Shown piece after piece: positions 28,101 through 37,775 of a stretch of DNA of 64,000 nucleotides. A model generated the notes under the pieces. It was not told the DNA's origin and searched no databases. It worked only from the letters and a program-made list of their open reading frames with translations. Source of the stretch: a virus (lineage: Duplodnaviria; Heunggongvirae; Uroviricota; Caudoviricetes); the IMG/VR virus record IMGVR_UViG_3300043568_002650, positions 64,512 to 128,511 of that record; one strand, 5' to 3'. Each line of letters starts with the position of its first letter. Within the stretch, counting starts at the first letter, position 1. Position numbers and translations under genes: made by a program.

Positions 28101-29228
28101 ATGGAACTATTATCATTTAACCAATTTATTAATGAAGGCGCGTATCTTGGAAAAGACGGTCTGGTTCATCTCAATATTGCAGATGATCGAAATAATCCAG
28201 ATGAAGTCCTAAAAACTGTGGACTCTGGAAAAGACCATTTTAAAGGTACACTACTTACTGGAATGAACGATAACAAGCCACACATGTGGTCATGGCCAAT
28301 CTTTTGGGGACTAGGGCCAGATAACATTTCACCAGAGATAGATCATCCAGGTAGAATAAAATATACTATGGATAAATTAAAGAATGGCGAAATTGCAGAC
28401 ATGCCATCAAGTTTAAATGATTTTATTAAAGGATCCTTTATGAAAGTTGGAATAACTCGTAATTTTAGACCAGACTACGTAGTTACAGTCGGTTCGACTG
28501 CAGGTTTAGTAAATTCAATGGCTAATGCAATTACTCAGACACTAGGGTCAGATGTAAAAATAATTGAACTACCGAAGGTCATATATTTCGATGCATATGA
28601 TGCATTTGATTGGGAAGAAGTAAATCGACAAGTGGATCGTCTTGGAAAAAAGACTTTCAATAAAGCTAAAAGCTTGATATATGAATATATTGATAAAGAA
28701 CAGACTCCTCCTGAACTGAAAGCAGCAATCAAGGCAGCGACTACTGTAGCTGAACTTAAAAAAGCAGTCGCAGTATATGGAATAATTTGGAGAGATATAG
28801 TTAATGATAAATCCGCAAAACCATTTATAGTAAGAAGTTCAGGTATAACGTCTGGTGGTTCTCGAAGCATGTGGAAAGCAAAATATGATTATGAGACTAC
28901 TTCATTTATAGACGCAGTTGTTAATTGTGCAGGAGGTGAAAGCAAAATGTTAATTATTGATGATAACAAACATTCTGGAACAGATATGCGGACGATTCGC
29001 CGTAATATTGAGGAAATTGTTGCTGGTTTAGATGAGAAAGGACCAAATGTTGATACTCAATTTGCATTTTATGTTTTATACAGAATGCCGACTAAAGAAT
29101 ATGCGGACCGTCGAGGAGAAAAACACCCATTTATTGCAACTGCACAAGTTGTTCAAGGCTTTCAAGCATTCTTACAAGGAGGTCAAGCGCCTCAAGTAGA
29201 TGACCAAATCGAAGATAATCTAGAATAA
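28101..29228 (+). CDS. hypothetical protein with a PRTase-like PRPP-binding motif and N-terminal SFNQFINE (CTS-like)
   Basis: MLIIDDNKHSGTDM resembles the type-I phosphoribosyltransferase loop. MELLSFNQFINEGAY N-terminus. Tentative call. Confidence 0.35.
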   Translation: MELLSFNQFINEGAYLGKDGLVHLNIADDRNNPDEVLKTVDSGKDHFKGTLLTGMNDNKPHMWSWPIFWGLGPDNISPEIDHPGRIKYTMDKLKNGEIADMPSSLNDFIKGSFMKVGITRNFRPDYVVTVGSTAGLVNSMANAITQTLGSDVKIIELPKVIYFDAYDAFDWEEVNRQVDRLGKKTFNKAKSLIYEYIDKEQTPPELKAAIKAATTVAELKKAVAVYGIIWRDIVNDKSAKPFIVRSSGITSGGSRSMWKAKYDYETTSFIDAVVNCAGGESKMLIIDDNKHSGTDMRTIRRNIEEIVAGLDEKGPNVDTQFAFYVLYRMPTKEYADRRGEKHPFIATAQVVQGFQAFLQGGQAPQVDDQIEDNLE

Positions 29229-29235
29229 CTAAAAG

Positions 29236-29252
29236 ATAAATAATAAAAAAAC
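29236..29252 (+). promoter_or_regulatory. late-promoter-like GATAAATAATAAAAAAA
   Basis: 9 nt before ATG 29261. Confidence 0.45.
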
Positions 29253-29260
29253 TTAATACA

Positions 29261-30637
29261 ATGTCTAAAAGAGATATTTATTGTGCGCCGACATTTGAGT
29301 CGTTTGCTATATTTGAAGACTCAAACTTAAGTCAATTGGGTTTGCCTAAAGATATGATTAGAAAGATTCATACTAAAGAGGAGCACTATACTGAACGTTA
29401 TCCTCAAATGGGTCATACTTATAAATCTAGAGCAGCTATTCCAATGCCTTACAAGTATTATATCCCTTCGCCAGACATTGAGATTCCTGAACCACTTAAA
29501 TTAAGAGGTCGTAAATCTACACGTAGTCCATTTCAAGACAAAGAGGTTAAGAGCGAATATACTGATTTTGCATGGTACTTACAATCAATTCCATTTGGTG
29601 AGATCCGAATCTTTATTGTAAATAAAGAGATTGATTTCTTTATGTTCCTATATCACAAACAACCAAGTAAAGGTGCTACTGGAGAACAGTATGCAGTAAT
29701 GGCATGGGACCCAGAAAGAAAGAAGGTAATTGATTATGGATATTCTGAGTTGACTACTAGTGGAGTAGATAGATCACAACTAAGAACTGTTCACGATACT
29801 AAAGGTGGAAACACAAACGGTAAGATTCAAGAATTCGTTAGAGCAATGACAAGAAAAGGAGAAAAGAAATATGCTCCTTCCCTAGAAAAACCTCTATATG
29901 TTTATGTTTTACCAGTTACTCCAAATGCTGAACCTAGAACAACTAGAGAAACTAGAACGTCAGCTAAAGGAGAAGCTACATCATATGATTTCGTAAGAGT
30001 ATTTGCTAGTCGATTTGCAAAGATCACAGATAAAGCTAGACCTCAAATTAAAGAGAAAATGACAACTCAAATTGACGGTCAACCTCATTCTAGAACAAAT
30101 AATTCTGAGTTTGATGAATTAGCATCTGCACTAGGTACCGATGCAGGTAGAACACAAACTTGGCTATTTTCAAAATTTAGAGACTTTAGACAAGAGCTTT
30201 TTGAAGAGGGTAGAGGTAGAGTACAAGGAGCTCCTAGTGCATACACTAAAACTTCCGGCTTTGAATTAGAAAAAGAAAATCAGGAGGCAAGCTCTCGAGG
30301 AATGTCACACACTTCAGTATACAGTGTAGCTAAGAAAAAATTTAGTCCAGATGAGGAAGGTTCAGATCCTGAAACTGGATTTAGAGAAGCACAAGCTGAA
30401 AAATATAAAAGAGAATTACCTATTGCTGGAAATTATGCGTCTATTCCAAGTATTATCGCTACTCACACATTAGATGGAGCAGTTGATAAATTCGCAGCGT
30501 ACCTTGTTACTGGTAAAATTAAAACACCTGAAATAAGTATTGCTGGTCTATTAGGAATATCTATGGATGATACTGACAATGAATTCAAGAGAACATCAGC
30601 AGCTGGCGGAAAAGCTTCAGGAAACTGGTTATTTTAA
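29261..30637 (+). CDS. hypothetical 458-aa protein
   Basis: Long ORF, basic, Thr/Arg-rich central region. Confidence 0.5.
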   Translation: MSKRDIYCAPTFESFAIFEDSNLSQLGLPKDMIRKIHTKEEHYTERYPQMGHTYKSRAAIPMPYKYYIPSPDIEIPEPLKLRGRKSTRSPFQDKEVKSEYTDFAWYLQSIPFGEIRIFIVNKEIDFFMFLYHKQPSKGATGEQYAVMAWDPERKKVIDYGYSELTTSGVDRSQLRTVHDTKGGNTNGKIQEFVRAMTRKGEKKYAPSLEKPLYVYVLPVTPNAEPRTTRETRTSAKGEATSYDFVRVFASRFAKITDKARPQIKEKMTTQIDGQPHSRTNNSEFDELASALGTDAGRTQTWLFSKFRDFRQELFEEGRGRVQGAPSAYTKTSGFELEKENQEASSRGMSHTSVYSVAKKKFSPDEEGSDPETGFREAQAEKYKRELPIAGNYASIPSIIATHTLDGAVDKFAAYLVTGKIKTPEISIAGLLGISMDDTDNEFKRTSAAGGKASGNWLF

Positions 30638-30651
30638 ATTAAAGAGAAGAT

Positions 30652-31245
30652 ATGTTAAATTTTAATCAATGGTTAAACCACATTAATGAGAATACTGATG
30701 CTGTTTCAACAGTAGATAAGAATAATCTTACTGCAGTATTATCAGCAAGCGGATACGCAGTAGGCTCTGCTCCTTTTGAAATAGCAAAAATTATTGCAAC
30801 TAAAGAAGGCTGGGCGTCTAAACCAAATGGAGGAAAGGGTACGCGAGCATATCGTAATAATAATCCTGGAAATCTTGATGGAACTGACTTTAAAGACATT
30901 GATCCTGCAGTTACAGTTGAAACAATGTTAGACGGAACTAAAGGTCGATATGCTAAGTTTTCTAAACCTGAGCTTGGTGCAAAAGCTTTAATTGACAAGA
31001 AGATAATTAAATGGGCAAATGGAGGAATGCCTACAACTAGTGGAAATCAAACACTAATTGTTTCAAGTAAAGGAGGAAAAAAATATATTAAAGGCGAGAA
31101 GCCTACTGTGGCTCAATTCTTTTATACTTATGCTCCACCTAATGAGAACGATACTGAAGGTTATATTAGAGGATTTATTACAGCTGCTAAAAAGCTTAAA
31201 GCTGATGCAACTAGAGATACCCTAGTTGCTGATCTTCTTTCCTAA
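30652..31245 (+). CDS. hypothetical protein with N-terminal FNQWLNHINE motif (CTS-like)
   Basis: MLNFNQWLNHINENT N-terminus. 197 aa. Confidence 0.5.
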   Translation: MLNFNQWLNHINENTDAVSTVDKNNLTAVLSASGYAVGSAPFEIAKIIATKEGWASKPNGGKGTRAYRNNNPGNLDGTDFKDIDPAVTVETMLDGTKGRYAKFSKPELGAKALIDKKIIKWANGGMPTTSGNQTLIVSSKGGKKYIKGEKPTVAQFFYTYAPPNENDTEGYIRGFITAAKKLKADATRDTLVADLLS

Positions 31246-31661
31246 TCCTTAATTGAAATCTCAGGGTCGTACAGACGATGCATTAATTCTTGCTTATACA
31301 TTTCATTTGCAAAACTTTCACCCATTCCACGATCTTCGTTGTACTCAATACATGCAAGTAACCACTCATCACTCATCTTTGACATTGGTACCCAAGTAAG
31401 AGGTTGAGTACCATCTTTACCTCGACCGCCTCTGTGAAAACTTTCACGAATCACTTCAAATGGAGCATCTTCATAAACTGTTAGCTCTTCATATGGAGCA
31501 TCTTCATGAACAGTACGACGAAGATATTCACTACCTCCATCTACCATATATTCAAGACCATTTGCATCAGTATGTGTCACATAATCATGGCGGTGAATAG
31601 ATTTCAAGATAGTACCATCTGGCGTCTTGATTTGATTTAGGATAATTCGTTTATCTTCCAT
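31242..31661 (-). CDS. hypothetical protein
   Basis: 139-aa ORF. Confidence 0.4.
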   Translation of the reverse strand: MEDKRIILNQIKTPDGTILKSIHRHDYVTHTDANGLEYMVDGGSEYLRRTVHEDAPYEELTVYEDAPFEVIRESFHRGGRGKDGTQPLTWVPMSKMSDEWLLACIEYNEDRGMGESFANEMYKQELMHRLYDPEISIKD

Positions 31662-31662
31662 T

Positions 31663-31863
31663 TTAATTAATTGTTATTTTATATCTTACTTCAAAATCCT
31701 TTTTGGTTCCGAATTCGACCTTTCCAATTGAATATTCGTATGCATCTTCATGAACTATCATGTACATATCTCTAAATCCAGTCTTAATCACATGGATTAA
31801 TTCAGGTTCGTCTTCTAATTGAAAGCACTGTGCTGTGCTTGGTATTTCTTTCCAGGTTGTCAT
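31663..31863 (-). CDS. hypothetical small protein
   Basis: 66-aa ORF. Confidence 0.3.
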   Translation of the reverse strand: MTTWKEIPSTAQCFQLEDEPELIHVIKTGFRDMYMIVHEDAYEYSIGKVEFGTKKDFEVRYKITIN

Positions 31864-32282
31864 TTTTCGATAGTTGTTGAGTGTAAAATATATTCAGAAT
31901 TCTTGGTCTTGAAGTGAATCTTATGATATTCTTTAGACTTCTTATCTTCTAATATCTCTTTGACTCCAGTCGTCATCCAACCGAAACCTGAAGCAGAAGG
32001 CAAACCTTCAATATCTGGATTAATTGTATATGGATCTAAACATAGACTGAATCCTACTTGAGGTTCACCATGTAAAGCTTTACCTCTACCGTCTTCTGTC
32101 CATTCAACCCATATCAATCTTTTTCCAATATTGCTTCGTCCATCTCCGATCCTCTTAAGGAAGATTGGATAGTTACAAATATCACATTTGTTACATACAA
32201 TATCCTGCATCTTCTGACGATGAGGTGTAGGTTTTTCACAAGATTTACAGTATACTTTCATTTTCATTTTTATTAATTCCAA
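31860..32282 (-). CDS. zinc-finger protein
   Basis: CKSCEKPTPHRQKMQDIVCNKCDICNY carries multiple Cys pairs. Confidence 0.4.
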   Translation of the reverse strand: MELIKMKMKVYCKSCEKPTPHRQKMQDIVCNKCDICNYPIFLKRIGDGRSNIGKRLIWVEWTEDGRGKALHGEPQVGFSLCLDPYTINPDIEGLPSASGFGWMTTGVKEILEDKKSKEYHKIHFKTKNSEYILHSTTIEK

Positions 32283-32482
32283 TCATCTTCTACAGTTTCA
32301 CCTAATAGACACATAGCCGATGTACATAGATTCATACCTAAAATTTGGTTAGTGGTTTTCTCTTCCATGTACTTTTCAGAATAATCTCTAGCAACTGCTC
32401 TCCAACTATAGCCTTCGACTACTCGAAGATTCTTAATGAATTGAGCCTGTTCAAGAGTAATATCAATTGATTCGTATGTCAT
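32273..32482 (-). CDS. hypothetical small protein
   Basis: 69-aa ORF. Confidence 0.3.
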   Translation of the reverse strand: MTYESIDITLEQAQFIKNLRVVEGYSWRAVARDYSEKYMEEKTTNQILGMNLCTSAMCLLGETVEDDWN

Positions 32483-32550
32483 ATTAATGCTTCTTAACCC
32501 GAAAAAGAGCTTGCGGTTAGCAAGCTCTCGGTCGGTATATGAGTGACTGA

Positions 32551-34416
32551 TTACTCAGTCGGAGGAGTTACCTTTGCTGTAACATCAGTGATTACTTGTT
32601 TCTTTTCCTGGATCTGCTTTAACATTTCCATTCCAAGTAATCCATTGATTGCACCATTTCCATCATTACCTGAGATCAAGATCTCTGGGATAATTTTGAT
32701 TCCGTTAGTACCAATCATTTCAGTAACTTTTAATTTGCCAAAGTTATCTGCTCCCATTGCTTTAACCTGTTTCTCATAAGCTTCAGCAGTTGATTTACCG
32801 ATTGCTGCAATTTTACTTGCTTCAGCATCACCAGTAAGTTTAATTTGAGCCGCATCTGCTTCAGCCATCATCTTCTTAGCTTTGGCTTGAGCGCCAGCTT
32901 TTAATTCTAGTGCTTTTGCTTCACCTTCAGATCTCTTAACAGATGCTTCAGCTTCACGTTGTGAGATCTCTACTGATTGTTGAGCAGCAACCATTTTCCC
33001 TTGCATATCAGCTAGGGCTTTTGCAGATTCTAATGTCTTACGTTGATCTTGTGCCTTACGCTGAGTTTCGAAAGTTACCTCCTCTTCTTGAGCAATCTTA
33101 CGATCAGTAAGAGTTTTCATTAGGGATTCAGGTGGAGTAATATCACCAATTAAGGTATCTACTGCATGTACATTGTACTCGTCTAATACTCTACTGATAG
33201 ACTCTTTAGCTGCATTTTGTCGAGCTTGACGAGTAGTTAAGAATGCAATAACATCTGAGTCTTGAGCAGAGTTTCTAAAGTAGTTACCGATAGTTGGCTC
33301 TAATACTTGAGATACTAAGTTCTGCATTGATCCGAATCGTGCAATTACCTTTGGTGCTTCTGTTGCTGGGATATGTATGATTTGAGATACATCTAAGTTG
33401 AATGGGAAACCGTCTTTAGAACGTACTGTGATTGTACTTAATCCCTTGTCTAATTGATGAGACTCGTTTCGTGCATTCGCCCAGTTAAGTACTAGATTAG
33501 TTGTAGGTACAACTTCAATCTTATGAGTATATGGATTGATTGCATATTTTCCAGGATCAAGTGGAGTAATACATACACCCTTTTCACCTTTCTTCACGAT
33601 ATTACCGTGCTTAAAGGTTTCGCCAGTAGTGTCTACTCCTTCATCTCCAACATAAGAGATTACAACACCTACATGTCCAATAGGAATTTGAGTCATTGCG
33701 ACCTTTTCAACTTGTACTGCCCATGGGTTAAGAGAGTAATTACCCGCTTGAACTACTTGAGTCTGTAGACCACGTTGACCGTTATTTAATAAGAATGAAT
33801 CGAAATCTTGGAAGTTATTATGACCTTCGATTACTTTTCCAGCAATTGCACTCTGATCTAGTGGAACACCATCTAGTGCAGTCATTACCCCGACTTGACC
33901 ATCTTCAATATATGTAATATCAGTCATTGCTAAATCAAATAGGAATGGATTGATACGATATACACCATTATTTAAGTAACCAACTTGCTTACCTCGTTGA
34001 CCGCCATTTGTTAAGAATGCATGGGTGTCTTGGTAATTATCACACTCTACGTGTCGAGCTAGGATAGCACCGGTTGGTAGTTGTGCACCGTCTTTAGCAG
34101 ATAAGAGTCCAATCTTTCCTTGTGGAATAATCGTTAATGGTGACTGCTCAATTGAGAATTGCCATACCCAATAGAACCAATAGAGTCCAGGAGCTAAGGT
34201 GTCTGCTTGAAATCCAGGTTCACCATTAAGTGCAATAATCTTACCGTCAGGTAAGGATCTATTTGCTCCAAATAGAACGAATTTCTTAGTAACTAATCCA
34301 ATCTTGTCCTCTGGAATAATCACCATACCGAAAAATACTCTTAGTGTAAACTTGTAAAACACTAAAGCGATAAGTGGAATCGCCATCCATGCATAATTTA
34401 AAACTGTTTCTAACAT
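32551..34416 (-). CDS. flotillin / SPFH-family membrane protein (YqiK-like)
   Basis: N-terminal TM helices. Repeated GQRG.Q..V...G.Y..NP SPFH-type segments. C-terminal flotillin-like Ala/Glu/Lys coiled coil (EAEASVKRSEGEAKALELKAGAQAKAKKMMAEADAAQIKL) and a ...NGIKIIPE tail. Confidence 0.7.
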   Translation of the reverse strand: MLETVLNYAWMAIPLIALVFYKFTLRVFFGMVIIPEDKIGLVTKKFVLFGANRSLPDGKIIALNGEPGFQADTLAPGLYWFYWVWQFSIEQSPLTIIPQGKIGLLSAKDGAQLPTGAILARHVECDNYQDTHAFLTNGGQRGKQVGYLNNGVYRINPFLFDLAMTDITYIEDGQVGVMTALDGVPLDQSAIAGKVIEGHNNFQDFDSFLLNNGQRGLQTQVVQAGNYSLNPWAVQVEKVAMTQIPIGHVGVVISYVGDEGVDTTGETFKHGNIVKKGEKGVCITPLDPGKYAINPYTHKIEVVPTTNLVLNWANARNESHQLDKGLSTITVRSKDGFPFNLDVSQIIHIPATEAPKVIARFGSMQNLVSQVLEPTIGNYFRNSAQDSDVIAFLTTRQARQNAAKESISRVLDEYNVHAVDTLIGDITPPESLMKTLTDRKIAQEEEVTFETQRKAQDQRKTLESAKALADMQGKMVAAQQSVEISQREAEASVKRSEGEAKALELKAGAQAKAKKMMAEADAAQIKLTGDAEASKIAAIGKSTAEAYEKQVKAMGADNFGKLKVTEMIGTNGIKIIPEILISGNDGNGAINGLLGMEMLKQIQEKKQVITDVTAKVTPPTE

Positions 34417-34475
34417 TTGTTTAATTTAATTGATTTATATTATTATACTACTATTTGTCTAATGATAAAACTTTA

Positions 34476-35960
34476 TTATCCAATAAGTTTATCGATGTTA
34501 GACCGAACTTCGGTAAGAGTAGTCTCATTCAAGAATTTACCATCTTCATAGATAGTTTGCAAGATTCCAGTCTCTTCCTCTTCCCAAGAACATTGAGTGT
34601 GTACTTCATGATCTTCATCTACCATGATTAGACCCTTTAGGGATTTCTTAGTTCCATCATCAGTGATTGGATCTTTAAAAATATCATAAGCTTTACCATC
34701 AGCTTCGAACCATGCACCCTTAGCTGCAAATCCAAAAGTATCTCGAGTATTCATTTGATATGTGTATGAACCAACACCTAACACGATATTAGTTGAAGCA
34801 AATCCTTTAGCGGCTAATCGCTCATAGATTTGAATTTGGCGATCCAGTGTAATTGAGTCTCCATAGATTGCACCAATATGAGGATCTAGAACTTTGAATC
34901 CTTGTTCGTTGATTGTACCACCGAAGATATCCCATAGTAATTCGATAACGCCTTTATTTTGAGGTTCGTTTCTAGCCTCTTCACTTTCTCCATCAGGATC
35001 AAAACCGCCCCATCCACAAAGAATATCTACTGGATCTCCAGAGTCAGGGCGAATAACTAATTTACCTTCGCGAGACATAATTTGCTCCTTGTTTTCAGGC
35101 AAGTATTGAGTAATCAACGTCCATAAGTCAAAGGTATCGGATACAACTGAAAGAATTCCAGTAGGAAATTGATCCATAAAGTATTTCAACATTTGTGATT
35201 CACCCATTGTAAAGATACAAGTAGTTGATACTGAGTGTTCGGATGCATTTACAGAATTGATACTGACTTCGTTTTCTGGTTCTCCATAGAAGTATCGAGC
35301 TCCTGGAATCACAATAATTGAATCTGAGCCTCTGAAAGAGGTAGCGTGACCAAGTCCACTAGATAACATATCCCATGGGCTTAATCCTCTAGCACTAAAG
35401 TCATGAGCTAAGAAAGGAATCAACCATGCATTTGCTGGATCAGTCGTCATTACCCATTCAACAAGATTTCTTTTGTATTGAAGAGCAATAGTTGCGGATG
35501 TTGCAGGTTTCCATGCAAGAGAGGAGACAATTGTTTCTAGATAAAGAGTTAGCCAAGCAAATCCTGCAACAGTATTAACGAAAGTCATGTGAGGAACATT
35601 TGGACTTGTCTCAATTCCTTCAGGTAGAGCTTTAAAACGAATAGGCAAGTAACCTAGGTCATGTAGTTCACCAAAATGAGTAGAGTCAAACTCCATTCCT
35701 AGATACATTGACATGTCCTGACCAAACTTTAAAGCTTCGTCTTTAGGGAGACTGAAAAAATTCTCTTGATATTCGTCATGTAACCAACGAACTACTAGTT
35801 GCTGACCAAATGAAACAATTTTAGTAACACCTTTAGGCGCGTGTTTTGTGCTGCGAGGAATCCAGGTTCCATATAGGAAGTCTGTTCCTGGTGCTAGCAT
35901 TTTGCGATGGCCTATCTTGTATCCATCAGAATAAAAAAGCGTGATTGGTTTAAATGACAT
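34476..35960 (-). CDS. nadV: nicotinamide phosphoribosyltransferase family protein (NadV/NAMPT-like, or Namat-like)
   Basis: DGYKIGH (DSYKVTH), KALPEG, AHDFSARG, SVVSDTFD, VIRPDSGDPVD, AIYGDSI and FKDPITDDGTKKSLKGL all align with NAMPT hallmarks. Confidence 0.85.
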   Translation of the reverse strand: MSFKPITLFYSDGYKIGHRKMLAPGTDFLYGTWIPRSTKHAPKGVTKIVSFGQQLVVRWLHDEYQENFFSLPKDEALKFGQDMSMYLGMEFDSTHFGELHDLGYLPIRFKALPEGIETSPNVPHMTFVNTVAGFAWLTLYLETIVSSLAWKPATSATIALQYKRNLVEWVMTTDPANAWLIPFLAHDFSARGLSPWDMLSSGLGHATSFRGSDSIIVIPGARYFYGEPENEVSINSVNASEHSVSTTCIFTMGESQMLKYFMDQFPTGILSVVSDTFDLWTLITQYLPENKEQIMSREGKLVIRPDSGDPVDILCGWGGFDPDGESEEARNEPQNKGVIELLWDIFGGTINEQGFKVLDPHIGAIYGDSITLDRQIQIYERLAAKGFASTNIVLGVGSYTYQMNTRDTFGFAAKGAWFEADGKAYDIFKDPITDDGTKKSLKGLIMVDEDHEVHTQCSWEEEETGILQTIYEDGKFLNETTLTEVRSNIDKLIG

Positions 35961-35975
35961 ATTATAAATTTTTGA

Positions 35976-36470
35976 TTAGTTACTTGTGTTAATTAAATCG
36001 TCACGTAATTGAGTAAGTACTTCACCTAACCAGTTAGTACCTTTCCAATTCTTTGGATCGTGAATTTTCGGATCATCTTCAGATAAGCCGATTCCCCATA
36101 CAGTATCGTATGCTGCAGCCTCGACTAGAAGTGTTCCTTCTGTTTCTAATAAAAAAGCTAAGAGCTTAGGGTTCTGTGTAAATTTTAAGTAGCATCCATC
36201 ATAAACTATTTGCTTAGCGAATTCGTTCCAGATAGAAGAATCAAAATTCTTGACCTTTCGACCTAGTGCTTTTTGTTTACCTGGATCTTTTTCAAAAAGA
36301 ATATCTTCGAGAGTCTCATCATCACTGAATAGTCTAGCTTTTCCAGCCATCATCCATTGCTCAGAGCAATTGTATTCATTTCCTTCTTCATCTTCAAAAG
36401 TGCAAGGATGCCAATTTGAGAATGGGTTACGCGTCTTATAAAAGAACGTGTATTTTGTGTACTGTTTCAT
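35976..36470 (-). CDS. NADAR (YbiA-like) domain protein
   Basis: TFFYKTRNPFSNW, SEQWMMAGKARLF, LLVEAAAYDTVWGIG and GTNWLGEVLTQLR match the YbiA/NADAR family. Confidence 0.8.
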   Translation of the reverse strand: MKQYTKYTFFYKTRNPFSNWHPCTFEDEEGNEYNCSEQWMMAGKARLFSDDETLEDILFEKDPGKQKALGRKVKNFDSSIWNEFAKQIVYDGCYLKFTQNPKLLAFLLETEGTLLVEAAAYDTVWGIGLSEDDPKIHDPKNWKGTNWLGEVLTQLRDDLINTSN

Positions 36471-36664
36471 ACTGTTTCGTTTTTGTTTGATGATAATGTC
36501 AAGCAGACTTTACTGCCAGCAAATCTGTTCCACTTTTTTGTTTGTATTTGGACAACGTCCGAAATTGCTGATTGTAATTTAATTGTAAATTCTTTAAGGT
36601 GTACACAATCATATATACCCATACTTTCAACTTCAATCTCAATAGTTATTTTTCGTTTTGACAT
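36467..36664 (-). CDS. hypothetical small protein
   Basis: 65-aa ORF within the operon. Confidence 0.3.
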   Translation of the reverse strand: MSKRKITIEIEVESMGIYDCVHLKEFTIKLQSAISDVVQIQTKKWNRFAGSKVCLTLSSNKNETV

Positions 36665-36667
36665 TAT

Positions 36668-37006
36668 TTAGTTATTAAAGTTCTTATAAAAATCTTTTCC
36701 CGAGCCAGTAACATATTGAACTGATAGTCCAGTCGGGGTATGTAGTTCAACAAACATTGGGTTTCCAGAATAGGTACATACTTGCGTAACATACTCTAGG
36801 TTTTTTATCTCAGTTAGAAAATTTCTATTTTCTCCTAAGATCTTTAGCGAAGCATCAGTGAGATCTAATTCGTTTGATATTGTGATCTCTATGCAGTATT
36901 CGCCAGTAGCGATTGCTCGAAAGTCGCTTAATGCAGGTTTGTCATGTTTATCCACTCCAGTGTAGGTAATATTGATTGATATCTGCTTGTGCAAGAACGT
37001 GTTCAC
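36668..37006 (-). CDS. hypothetical protein
   Basis: 112-aa ORF. It overlaps the upstream gene's 3' end by 59 nt. Confidence 0.35.
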   Translation of the reverse strand: MNTFLHKQISINITYTGVDKHDKPALSDFRAIATGEYCIEITISNELDLTDASLKILGENRNFLTEIKNLEYVTQVCTYSGNPMFVELHTPTGLSVQYVTGSGKDFYKNFNN

Positions 37007-37727
37007 AAGTCGCTTTCACAATTTCAAGAGCTTGGATATACCATGAGTTGTCGCTTTCAGTCACGACATACATGCAATCACGTTCTCTAAGGAGTGTAGA
37101 CTTTCCAGGTATAATCGCTAAGACTTTAAGTGGTTCAGCCATATAGAACTCACCAGTCTTATTAGAGTAGTTTGAGTTAAGTCTATTTTCTCGACTAGTC
37201 TCATCGATAAAAGCACTAAGTGCAGCAAACTCAGATTTTATGTCAGGTTCACTAAAAATATTTGTCGAGACTGTGTTTACTCGATATGCACCTTTCTCTT
37301 TAAATAGAGCGATTATTTTAGTTACTCTAGTTAAAGCATCTTGCCAGTTAGGTTGAAACGTATACTCTTCATCCTCTTTTTGAAAGATATCATGTATTGT
37401 AGGTAGTCCTAAATTGCGTAGTATTCTCTCAAGTCCACCAGAATTATATGAGCTTCTGAAGTAGCCTATTTTGAAATAGTGATCAGGATAATCTGGATGA
37501 GGTAACTCTATACACTCCTTACCTGCCTTATCGTCTCCCCACTGGTCAAGTCCTAGACTCTCAGCAAATTCTTTCTCCTTTGTACGAAGTTCATCTTTTA
37601 CCTCTTGTGCCATTGAATCGTATTCGTGACCTTTCCATAGTTTTTCTGAAAATTCTTCGTATTCTTTCTCAAGTCTTTGAGTCTTTTCAAAATCCTGATA
37701 CTTATAAAGATAAATGTCTAATCCCAT
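36948..37727 (-). CDS. hypothetical 259-aa protein within the NAD/ADP-ribose operon
   Basis: Long ORF with no motif recognised. Confidence 0.45.
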   Translation of the reverse strand: MGLDIYLYKYQDFEKTQRLEKEYEEFSEKLWKGHEYDSMAQEVKDELRTKEKEFAESLGLDQWGDDKAGKECIELPHPDYPDHYFKIGYFRSSYNSGGLERILRNLGLPTIHDIFQKEDEEYTFQPNWQDALTRVTKIIALFKEKGAYRVNTVSTNIFSEPDIKSEFAALSAFIDETSRENRLNSNYSNKTGEFYMAEPLKVLAIIPGKSTLLRERDCMYVVTESDNSWYIQALEIVKATCEHVLAQADINQYYLHWSG

Positions 37728-37775
37728 TATAGTGTTATTTATAGATACTATACTAAATTATAGAGAAATTAAAAA

